Source: Eledone cirrhosa (lineage: Eukaryota). From it: 64,000 nucleotides of DNA. This document shows, piece by piece, positions 41,201 to 52,150 of the stretch (position 1 is the stretch's first letter; every line of letters begins with the position of its first letter). The stretch covers positions 7,440,001 to 7,504,000 of the forward strand of contig OZ024755.1 of NCBI GenBank assembly GCA_964016885.1, written 5' to 3'. Position numbers and translations under genes: made by a program. The notes below the pieces were generated by a model, which searched no databases, was not told the origin of the DNA, and saw only the letters and a program-made list of their open reading frames with translations.

Positions 41201-44200
41201 CCAACCAACCGGCCTGCCAGCCGTAATAGCGGTTCGTTGGTTGGTTGGGTGGTTGGTATAGGGAAAGTTCAACTACGTAGTCAGTACTAATGTTCAACAT
41301 GATAGCCAGTACATATGCCAACCACCCAACCGGCCAGCCAGCCGTAATAGCGGTTGGTTGGTTGGTTGGGCGGTTGGTATAGGGAAAGTTCAACTACGTA
41401 GTCAGTACTAATGTTCAACATGATAGCCAGTACATATGCCAACCACCCAACCGGCCAGCCAGCCGTAATAGCGGTTGGTTGGTTGGTTGGGTGGTTGGTA
41501 TAGGGAAAGTTCAACTACGTAGTCAGTACTAATGTTCAACCTGATAGCCAGTACATATGCCAACCACCCAACCGGCCAGCCAGCCGTAATAGCGGTTGGT
41601 TGGTTGGTTGGTTGGTTGGGCGGTTGGTATAGGGAAAGTTCAACTACGTAGTCGGTACTAATGTTCAACATGATAGCCAATACATACGCCAACCACCCAA
41701 CCGGCCTGCCAGCCGTAATAGCGGTTCGTTGGTTGGTTGGTTGGGCGGTTGGTATATGGGAAGTTCAACTACGTAGTCAGTACTAATGTTCAACATGATA
41801 GCCAGTGCATATGCCAACCACCCAACCGGCCAGCCAGCCGTAATAGCGGTTGGTTGGTTGGTTGGGCGGTTGGTATAGGGAAAGTTCAACTACGTAGTGA
41901 GTATTAATGTTCAACATGATAGCCAGTACATATGCCAACCACCAAAGCAACCAGCCAGCCGTAATAGCGGTTGGTTGGTTGGTTGGGCGGTTGGTATAGG
42001 GAACGTTCAACTACGTAATCAGTACTAATGTTCAACATGATAGCCAGTACATACGCCAACCAACCAACCGGCCAGCCAGTCGTAATAGCGGTGCATTGGT
42101 TGGTTGGGTGGTTGGTATAGGGAAAGTTCAAGTACGTAGTCAGTACTAATGTTCAACATGATAGCCAATACATACGCCAACCAACCAACCGGCCAGCCAG
42201 TCGTAATAGCGGTTGGTTGGTTGGTTGGGCGGTTGGTATAGGGAAAGTTCAACTACGTAATCAGTACTAATGTTCAACATGATAGCCAGTACATACGCCA
42301 ACCAACCAACCGGCCAGCCAGTCGTAATAGCGGTTGGTTGGTTGGTTGGGCGGTTGGTATAGGGAAAGTTCAACTACGTAATCAGTACTAATGTTCAACA
42401 TGATAGCCAGTACATACGCCAACCAACCAACCGGCCAGCCAGCCGTAATAGCGGTTGGTTGGTTGGTTGGGCGGTTGGTATAGGGAAAGTTCAACTACGT
42501 AATCAGTACTAATGTTCAACATGATAGCCAGTACATATGCCAACCACCAAACTGGCCAGCCAGGCTTAATAGCGGTTGGTTGGTTGGTTGGGCGGTTGGT
42601 ATAGGGAAAGTTCAACTACGTAGTCAGTACTAATGTTCAACATGATAGCCGCTACATATGCCAACCCTCCAACCGTCCAGCCAGTCGTAATGGCGGTTGG
42701 TTGGTTGGGCGGTTGGTATAGGGAACGTTCAACTACGTAGTCAGTACTAATGTTCAACATGATAGCCGCTACATATGCCAACCCTCCAACCGTCCAGCCA
42801 GTCGTAATGGCGGTTGGTTGGTTGGGCGGTTGGTATAGGGAACGTTCAACTACGTAGTCAGTACTAATGTTCAACATGATAGCCAGTACATACGCCAGCC
42901 ACCAAACCGGCCAGCCAGCCGTAATAGCGGTTGGTTGGTTGGTTGGGTGGTTGGTATAGAGAAAGTTCAACTACGTAGTCAGTACTAATGTTCAACATGA
43001 TAGCCAGTGCATATGCCAACCACCCAACCGGCAAGCCAGCCGTAATAGCGGTTGGTTGGTTGGTTGGGCGGTTGGTATAGGGAAAGTTCAACTACGTAGT
43101 CAGTACTAATGTTCAACATGATAGCCAGTTCATATGCCAACCACCAAACCGGCCAGCCAGCCGTAATAGCGGTTGGTTGGTTGGTTGGGCGGTTGGTATA
43201 GGGAAAGTTCAACTACGTAGTCAGTACTAATGTTCAACATGATAGCCAGTACATATGCCAACCACCAAACCGACCAGCCAGCCGTAATAGCGCTTGGTTG
43301 GTTGGTTGGGCGGTTGGTATAGGGAAAGTTCAACTACGTAGTCAGTACTAATGTTCAACATGATAGCCAGTGCATATGCCAACCACCCAACCGGCAGCCA
43401 GCCTTAATAGCGGTTGGTTGGTTGGTTGGGCGGTTGGTATAGGGAAAGTTCAACTACGTAGTCAGTACTAATGTTCAACATGATAGCCAGTGCATATGCC
43501 AACCACCCAACCGGCAGCCAGCCGTAATAGCGGTTGGTTGGTTGGTTGGGCGGTTGGTATAGGGAAAGTTCAACTACATCGTCAGTACTAATGTTCAACA
43601 TGATAGCCAGTACATATGCCAACCACCAAACCGACCAGCCAGCCGTAATAGCGCTTGGTTGGTTGGTTGGGCGGTTGGTATAGGGAAAGTTCAACTACGT
43701 AGTCAGTACTAATGTTCAACATGATAGCCAGTGCATATGCCAACCACCCAACCGGCAGCCAGCCGTAATAGCGGTTGGTTGGTTGGTTGGGCGGTTGGTA
43801 TAGGGAAAGTTCAACTACATAGTCAGTACTAATGTTCAACATGATAGCCAGTGCATATGCCAACCACCCAACCGGCCAGCCAGCCGTAATAGCGGTTAGT
43901 TGGTTGGTTGGGCGGTTGGTATAGGGAAAGTTCAACTACGTAGTCAGTACTAATGTTCAACATGATAGCCAGTACATATGCCAACCGGCCTGCCAGCCGT
44001 AATAGCGGTTGTTTGGTTGGTTGGTCGGTTGGTATAGAGAAACTTCGACTACGTAGTCGGTACTAATGTTCAACATGATAGCCAGTACTAATGTTCAACA
44101 TGATAGCCAGTACATATGCCAACCACCAAATCGGCCAGCCAGCCGTAATAGCGGTTGTTTGGTTGGTTGGTCGGTTGGTATAGGGAAAGTTCAACTACGT

Positions 44201-47200
44201 AGTCAGTACTAATGTTCAACATGATAGCCAGTACATACGCCAACCACCCAACCGGCAGCCAGCCGTAATAGCGGTTGGTTGGTTGGTTGGGCGGTTGGTA
44301 TAGGGAAAGTTCAACTACGTAGTCAGTACTAATGTTCAACATGATAGCCAGTACATACGCCAACCACCCAACCGGCAGCCAGCCGTAATAGCGGTTGGTT
44401 GGTTGGTTGGGCGGTTGGTATAGGGAAAGTTCAACTACGTAGTCAGTACTAATGTTCAACATAATAGCCAGTGCATATGCCAACCACCAAACCGGCCAGC
44501 CAGCCGTAATAGCGGTTAGTTGGTTGGTTGGGCGGTTGGTATAGGGAACGTTCAACTACGTAGTCAGTACTAATGTTCAACATGATAGCCAGTGCATATG
44601 CCAACCAACCAATCGGCCAGCCAGTCGTAATAGCGGTTGGTTGGCTGGTTGGGCGGTTGGTATAGGGAACGTTCAACTACGTAGTCAGTACTAATGTTCA
44701 ACATGATAGCCAGTACATATGCTAACCACCAAAACGGCCAGCCAGCCGTAATAGCGGTTGGTTGGGCGGTTGGGCGGTTGGTATAGGGAAAGTTCAACTA
44801 CGTAATCAGTACTAATGTTCAACATGATAGCCAGTACATATGCCAACCACCAAACTGGCCAGCCAGCCGTAATAGCGGTTGGTTGGTTGGTTGGGCGGTT
44901 GGTATAGGGAAAGTTCAACTACGTAATCAGTACTAATGTTCAACATGATAGCCAGTGCATATGCCAACCAACCAATCGGCCAGCCAGTCGTAATAGCGGT
45001 TGGTTGGCTGGTTGGGCGGTTGGTATAGGGAACGTTCAACTACGTAGTCAGTACTAATGTTCAACATGATAGCCAGTACATATGCTAACTACCAAACCGG
45101 CCAGCCAGCCGTAATAGCGGTTGGTTGGTTGGTTAGTCGGTTGGTATAGGGAAAGTTCAACTACGTAGTCAGTACTAATGTTCAACATGATAGCCAGCAC
45201 ATATGCCAACCAACCAACCGGCCAGCCAGCCGTAATAGCGGTTAGTTGGTTGGTTGGGCGGTTGGTATAGGGAAAGTTCAACTACGTAGTCAGTACTAAT
45301 GTTCAACATGATAGCCAGTGCATATGCCAACCACCAAACCGGCCAGCCAGCCGTAATAGCGGTTAGTTGGTTGGTTGGGCGGTTGGTATAGGGAAAGTTC
45401 AACTACGTAGTCAGTACTAATGTTCAACATGATAGCCAGTGCATATGCCAACCACCAAACCGGCCAGCCAGCCGTAATAGCGGTTAGTTGGTTGGTTGGG
45501 CGGTTGGTATAGGGAAAGTTCAACTACGTAGTCAGTACTAATGTTCAACATGATAGCCAGTGCATATGCCAACCACCAAACCGGCCAGCCAGCCGTAATA
45601 GCGGTTAGTTGGTTGGTTGGGCGGTTGGTATAGGGAAAGTTCAACTACGTAGTCAGTACTAATGTTCAACATGATAGCCAGTGCATATGCCAACCACCCA
45701 ACCGGCAGCCAGCCGTAATGGCGTTTGGTTGGTTGGTTGGGCGGTTGGTATAGGGAAAGTTCAACTACGTAGTCAGTACTAATGTTCAACATGATAGCCA
45801 GTACATATGCCAACCACCAAACCGGCAGCCAGCCGTAATAGCGGTTAGTTGGTTGGTTGGGCGGTTGGTATAGGGAAAGTTCAACTACGTAGTCAGTACT
45901 AATGTTCAACATGATAGCCAGTGCATATGCCAACCACCCAACCGGCAGCCAGCCGTAATGGCGTTTGGTTGGTTGGTTGGGCGGTTGGTATAGGGAAAGT
46001 TCAACTACGTAGTCAGTACTAATGTTCAACATGATAGCCAGTACATATGCCAACCACCAAACCGGCAGCCAGCCGTAATAGCGGTTAGTTGGTTGGTTGG
46101 GCGGTTGGTATAGGGAAAGTTCAACTACGTAGTCAGTACTAATGTTCAACATGATAGCCAGTGCATATGCCAACCACCCAACCGGCAGCCAGCCGTAATG
46201 GCGTTTGGTTGGTTGGTTGGGCGGTTGGTATAGGGAAAGTTCAACTACGTAGTCAGTACTAATGTTCAACATGATAGCCAGTACATATGCCAACCACCAA
46301 ACCGGCAGCCAGCCGTAATAGCGGTTAGTTGGTTGGTTGGGCGGTTGGTATAGGGAAAGTTCAACTACGTAGTCAGTACTAATGTTCAACATGATAGCCA
46401 GTGCATATGCCAACCACCCAACCGGCAGCCAGCCTTAATAGCGGTTGGTTGGTTGGTTGGGCGGTTGGTATAGGGAAAGTTCAACTACGTAGTCAGTACT
46501 AATGTTCAACATGATAGCCAGTGCATATGCCAACCACCCAACCGGCAGCCAGCCGTAATGGCGTTTGGTTGGTTGGTTGGGCGGTTGGTATAGGGAAAGT
46601 TCAACTACGTAGTCAGTACTAATGTTCAACATGATAGCCAGTAAATATGCCAACCACCAAACCGGCCAGCCAGCCGTAATAGCGGTTAGTTGGTTGGTTG
46701 GGCGGTTGGTATAGGGAAAGTTCAACTACGTAGTCAGTACTAATGTTCAACATGATAGCCAGTGCATATGCCAACCACCCAACCGGCAGCCAGCCTTAAT
46801 AGCGGTTGGTTGGTTGGTTGGGCGGTTGGTATACGGAAAGTTCAACTACGTAGTCAGTACTAATGTTCAACATGATAGCCAGTACATATACCAACCACCA
46901 AACCGGCCAGCCAGCCGTAATAGCGGTTAGTTGGTTGGTTGGGCGGTTGGTATAGGGAAAATTCAACTACGTAGTCAGTTCTAATGTTCAACATGATAGC
47001 CAGTGCATATGCCAACCACCAAACCAGCCAGCCAGCCGTAATAGCGGTTGGTTGGTTGGTTGGGCGGTTGGTATAGGGAAAGTTCAACTACGTAGTCAGT
47101 TCTAATGTTCAACATGATAGCCAGTGCATATGCCAACCACCAAACCGGCCAGCCAGCCGTAATAGCGGTTGGTTGGTTGGTTGGGCGGTTGGTATAGGGA

Positions 47201-47912
47201 AAGTTCAACTACGTAGTCAGTACTAATGTTCAACATGATAGCCAGTGCATATGCCAACCACCAAACCGGCCAGCCAGCCGTAATAGCGGTTGGTTGGTTG
47301 GTTGGGCGGTTGGTATAGGAAAAGTTCAACTACGTAGTCAGTACTAATGTTCAACATGATAGCCAGTGCATATGCCAACCACCCAACCGGCCAGCCAGCC
47401 GTAATGGCGGTTGGTTGGTTGGTTGGGCGGTTGGTATAGGGAAAGTTCAACTACGTAGTCGGTACTAATGTTCAACATGATAGCCAGTGCATATGCCAAC
47501 CACCAAACCGGCCAGCCAGCCGTAATAGCGGTTGGTTGGTTGGTTGGGCGGTTGGTATAGGGAAAGTTCAACTACGTAGTCGGTACTAATGTTCAACATG
47601 GTAGCCAGTACATATACCAACCACCCAGCCGGCCAGCCAGCCGTAATGGCGGTTGGCTGGCTGGTTGGGCGGTTGGTATAGGGAACGTTGTACTACGCAG
47701 TCAGTACTAATGTTAAAAAATGTAGCCAGTACATATACCAACCGGCCAGCCAGTCGTAATGGCGGTTGGTAAATGTAACGTTCAACTACGCAGCCAGCAC
47801 TAAAGTTGAACATGGTAGCCACTACATATACCAACCGCCCAACCAATCTCCATTAAGGCTGACTGGCCGGTTGGGTGGTGGGTATATGTACTGGCTACCA
47901 TGTTGAACTTTA
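17275..47912. repeat. 121-bp satellite array 2 (~250 monomers) with higher-order duplications, ending in an inverted partial monomer
   Basis: Same consensus; HOR offsets 2178, 488, 4734 and 11776 bp from diagnostic variants; fold-back at 47801-47912. Confidence 0.98.
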
Positions 47913-48863
47913 CAAAAAAACAACAGAATCTGCACTCACTAGCATTAATAAGGAAGGACTTAGCATAGTAAAAAGACTGAAAATATCTGATACAACCGGA
48001 CCCCTAACCTCTTGTTACGCCACATTTAACCTAAAGGATCACAAAAATGATTTCGAAATAGAACCCACAATTTGATTAATATGCCCATCTAAGTCTGATA
48101 TCGGTAGAATTAACAAGTATATACTAGATAGAGTAATCGCTCAAATTAAGGACAGACTAGTGATTAAGCTATGGGGTAACTCTAACGAAGCAATAGACTT
48201 GTTCAGCAAAATAAACAGTGGAGAAACATCCTACTTCATACAATTCGACATTAATGACTACTACTCATCCATTTCTCCAGTCACCCTGGGTAAAGCGCTA
48301 ACCTTTGCCCCAAAATTCGGACCTTACCTCGGACAAAGTTAAAATAATACTAGCTGCTAGAAGGATTATCATTAGATTCGAAAATAGTTACTGGGAACGA
48401 AAAAACAGACAGAATAGCTTCGATATCACAATGGGATCTAACGACTCAGCGCAAGTAACGGGGTTGATGGGAATATATATACCGCACAACTTACATAAGG
48501 AATCCAATAACCTCACATACGTAAATTCAATAACCGCGCATACGTAAGATCAACGACAAAAATATCTCTAAAGAAATTAACCTACCAACACGCACCATAG
48601 CACCAAATACAAAACACAAACACATAACAACATCACAACCACAAACGCATCAGAAGACATCACAACAAAACATTAATAGGCCTATATCACAACCTGCACA
48701 AAATAAAACCTCAAATTGTAATTGCCACCTACCGGATAAGTGCCCACTACGGAATAGATGCCTGGATTCAAGGATGGTATACCTGTGTACTGTGAATTCA
48801 GGCAATTCTATCTGGCACTACATAGGTTCCACGGGTGGGAAGTTCAAGAAAAGGTGGTACGTC
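47911..48863 (+). mobile_element. Second fragment of the same PLE family (RT fingers/palm part + linker + GIY-YIG start), pseudogenised
   Basis: 47911-47990 and 48538-48863 match the reverse complement of ~2105-2190 and ~1087-1442; peptides LKDHKNDF, QFDINDYYSSIS, FDITMGSNDSAQV, CNCHLPDKCPLRNRCLDSRMVYLCTV..YIGST; stops and frameshifts. Confidence 0.88.
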
Positions 48864-48994
48864 AAAACAAATCACATTTAGAGTTAAACACCAACACAAA
48901 ATTGGAAACTTATTGGTCAATTCGATTGAGAACACTATATTAATGTTCGCATACCATGCACTTTATACTCCCCGAAGAATACTGAATTAATAAT

Positions 48995-49186
48995 AATTGT
49001 TTCTACGTTAAGCGCAAGACCAGCAATTACCCTAGTGCATTACTGGTACTTTATTTTATCGACCCCGTAAGGATGAAAGCAAAGTTAACCTCGGCGGGAT
49101 TTGAACTCAGAACGAAAAATGGCCGTAACTCTATACGTCAAAGCATGTTGTCAGACGCTCTACCGACACTGCCAATCCACCGCCTG
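48995..49186 (-). mobile_element. tRNA-derived SINE (family A)
   Basis: Minus-strand B-box GAGTTCAAATCC followed by the conserved core ..TTTCATCCTTACGGGGTCGATAAAATAAAGTACCAG; many copies in this window. Confidence 0.8.
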
Positions 49187-49187
49187 A

Positions 49188-49189
49188 TG

Positions 49190-49224
<35 letters not shown>

Positions 49225-49290
49225 TGTTTCTACGTTAGGCACAAGGCCAGCAATTCACCAGTGTATTACTGGTACTTTATTTTATCGACA
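49188..49290 (-). mobile_element. (AAT)n tract plus truncated family A SINE 3' part
   Basis: ttctacgttaggcacaaggccagcaatt..actggtactttattttatcgac repeats 49000-49063. Confidence 0.7.
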
Positions 49291-49360
49291 ATAATAATAA
49301 TAGTAATCCTACATATCATTGTGCATGAGTAGTTTTACTGCAACGGTTTTGTTTTTTTAG

Positions 49361-49390
49361 CCGAGTCTTCAACCAATGGACAATGACCAC
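49361..49390 (+). CDS. Candidate 30-bp microexon of the adhesion GPCR (RVFNQWTMT), upstream of the GPS exon
   Basis: ttttgtttttttag acceptor and gtaagt donor; open in phase 2-2, compatible with the phase-2 start of exon 57803. Confidence 0.45.
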
Positions 49391-49639
49391 GTAAGTATAC
49401 ATTCATTTCCATATCACAGCAGCGTTCGCTTCATGTGCAATCCTCCGTCATCCCTTCGTCTTCTCATACTCCCTCCTCCCCCGTTGTCCAACCTGTTTCA
49501 ACCTTAACCTCCCCCCTTCTAGTCTTCAATGATGTTTTCTTTCATGTGGTGTTATTAACAACTTAACCATGTCTCTATTCTTCATTTGTATAATGTATAT
49601 AATCTTACTTCCTTTCTATTTCATATCACACACACACAC

Positions 49640-49675
49640 ATATAAACATATATATATATAAACATATATATATAC

Positions 49676-49722
<47 letters not shown>
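49640..49722. repeat. (TA)n-rich microsatellite
   Basis: direct reading. Confidence 0.9.
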
Positions 49723-49726
<4 letters not shown>

Positions 49727-49975
49727 ATAAAATAAAACAAGGACGAATGATTACTCATTCATTACGTAATGAAGGAGTAATCACTCTGTCTAGCTCTACA
49801 CCTCGACACAGAAGTGAACCTAAACATTGAGTGCTAACCCGAGTGAACCTACAGTAACTCCAAGTTACACTCCCTGGATATATATATATATATATAGTTA
49901 ATAAATGAAACAAACAAAACACAGGAGGCAATTTTTACACAATTATATTAGGTTCACGCTTGGTTAAAGTGGATA

Positions 49976-50017
49976 AAGTTTCAACGTTTCGGAAAGAAGT
50001 CTTTCTTCAGGAAATTT
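49976..50017 (-). ncRNA. Minimal type-I hammerhead ribozyme motif (PLE-type)
   Basis: Minus strand aaatttc-CTGAAGA-aagacttctttcc-GAAA-CG-TT-gaaactt; stem I pairs 6/7; palindromic ACGT in place of stem III; ~80 bp from a (TA)n tract. Confidence 0.55.
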
Positions 50018-50192
50018 CGAATAAGGAGAGAACAGATACACGTAAAAGTAGTTAGAGAATGTTTGGGAAGGAAATTGAAAAAAAAAGACGTCTCCTAAAT
50101 AAAAAAAAAACAGTGGTGGATGGTCATAGATTAGGATTGATACTCCAGATACTAATACTTTTAGCAGAGTATTAGACCCCCCTGTCTCTCTC

Positions 50193-50194
<2 letters not shown>

Positions 50195-50253
<59 letters not shown>

Positions 50254-50270
50254 CAGCTATCTATCTATCC
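50195..50270. repeat. (TCTA)n microsatellite (a second tract at ~50620-50660)
   Basis: direct reading. Confidence 0.9.
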
Positions 50271-50621
50271 AGCTTGCTTGTTTGCTAACTACCAATCTAG
50301 CTATTCATTTAGCTATTTCTCATTCTATCTATCTAACTATCTATATGTCTGTCTCTCTACATCAGCCTGTAGGTGGAAAAGAGGAAGGAACGAGGGAGCA
50401 CCCTCTCTCTGTGCTCCTGAGGAGAAGGGGTTGCACACTTTTTTCGGGGGGGGGGGCCCCCAAACGCCCCTACCCTATTGAGAACTTTATTGTTAATTTT
50501 ATATTTATTTGTTTTCTTTACTCACCTTTTTGTATAAACTCCCCCCCCTGTATTTGTCCCCTTCTTTTGCGCCCTAGTGGCAATAAATAGAAATCTATCT
50601 ATATGTCAGTCTATCTATCTA

Positions 50622-50661
<40 letters not shown>

Positions 50662-51971
50662 ATTACTTAATGTATTGACATAAAACTGGTAAGGAAAATT
50701 AAACGAAGTACAATCAGATGCCGCCTGATAGTCAAAGTTTCTTGCTATTTAGCTTAAAATATATCTTAATAATAGTCAAACACGCATACATTCTCTCTCC
50801 CTCCATCTCTCTCTCTCTCTCACACACATATTATTCCATTTTTCTTCTATTCGTTTCTCATATGTTCTGATGTTTTCGCAACTTAAGCAACAAATATCAT
50901 CCCATTCGGTCAACGACACGGTATTCAGCAATGTATATAAATAGGGTTAAACATGCTTCAATCATGTTTTAATATTTGCGAAATATTTCTTAATATGCAA
51001 TGACTCAAGTCTGCATAGTTTATTTAAGAACTTTTAACAAAACCCTTTCTCACATTTTTTTATGTATTAACACAATATTCATAGAATTTATGTAATTTAT
51101 TTATTCTCAACTCCTCTCTCTCTTTCTCCCCCTTATCTCGCTCTCTCTCCCCCTTATCTCTCTCGCTCTCTCTCGCTTTTTCGGTCTTTCTTTTCAATGT
51201 ACATTCTATTGTTGGCAAATAATTTGCTTATGCATCAGTAAATCTACTGAAAGGTGGGTGAATGTAGCAAAAAATGGCCCGAGTGATTGGGCCTTCTCTG
51301 TATATAAACCTGTAGGGTGAAGAAGAGAGCAAAAGGAAGAAAGGAGCACTTGCACAACACGCTCCTGGAGTTGAGGGTTGTTCTATCGACGGGGTTTTAA
51401 ACAACCCATTTGTAACGCCCCCTCCCCTATTGGGGATTTCGATTATTAAATTTGTTTGTTTTAATAATATTTTTACACGACTGTATGTAAAATCCCCGGC
51501 ATGTGTCTTCGTATTGTCCCATTTTCTTGTGCGCCCTTGTTGCAAATAAAGAAATATATCTTATCCCTCTTGCCTTCTTTACACACTCACACACACATGT
51601 GTGTGTGTGTGTGTGTGTACAATAAATATGGTTTATTTATTCAGTTTGTAATTAAACATGATGTCTCCATTATTACAAGCTAAAAACAAAATCAAACAGA
51701 TTCAAACATTAAAACTGAATAAAATATATTAAAATATCAAATAAATAATGTATCGAACATTTATTTAACATAAATGATGTTAAAACCTACCGAATACATC
51801 TATTACATAGACTTAATAGGAAATATATAAAGGATGTCAAGTTTTCATACTTCAAACGTCAACTATAATGTACAAATATAAAAATTATATGTTTATAGAT
51901 ATTTCTCTTTATATACAAATATAAGGAAAAGTACTCAAAATATAAAATATTTTTAATGGCATTAATAATTG

Positions 51972-52150
51972 TTTCCACTTTTGGCACAAACCAGCAATTA
52001 TCCCAGTGTATTACTGGTACTTTATTTTATCGACCCCGTAGGATGAAAGGCAAAGTTAACCTCGGCGGGATTTGAACTCAGACCATAAAGGGACGTAACT
52101 GTGCTGCAAAGCATGGCGTCCGACCCTCTACCGATACTGCCAATCCACAT
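51972..52150 (-). mobile_element. tRNA-derived SINE (family A)
   Basis: Same core and ggatttgaactc B-box as 48995-49186. Confidence 0.8.

Noticed and set aside
3627-47800. CRISPR-like array (conserved repeat + variable part)
   Set aside because: The variable parts are near-identical variants, not unique spacers; eukaryotic context; no cas genes
3627-47800. 5S rRNA or tRNA tandem array (unit ~120 bp, GTTCAA motifs)
   Set aside because: No 5S or cloverleaf similarity, no spacer or oligo-T terminator, and GTTCAACTA/GTTCAACAT miss the B-box terminal C
3627-47800. Telomeric repeats
   Set aside because: The G-rich part is (GGTT)n, not TTAGGG/TTAGG
3559-47846. Hundreds of ~75-aa minus-strand ORFs (MNFPYTNRPTNQ...) as a tandem gene family
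   Set aside because: They overlap, start at non-ATG codons and shift frame every 121 bp (not a multiple of 3); they are satellite translation artefacts
50360-51545. GC-richer homopolymer-laden patches with ORFs (50282..50590, 51228..51545)
   Set aside because: No recognisable domain or splice pattern; likely decayed repeats or lower-quality sequence
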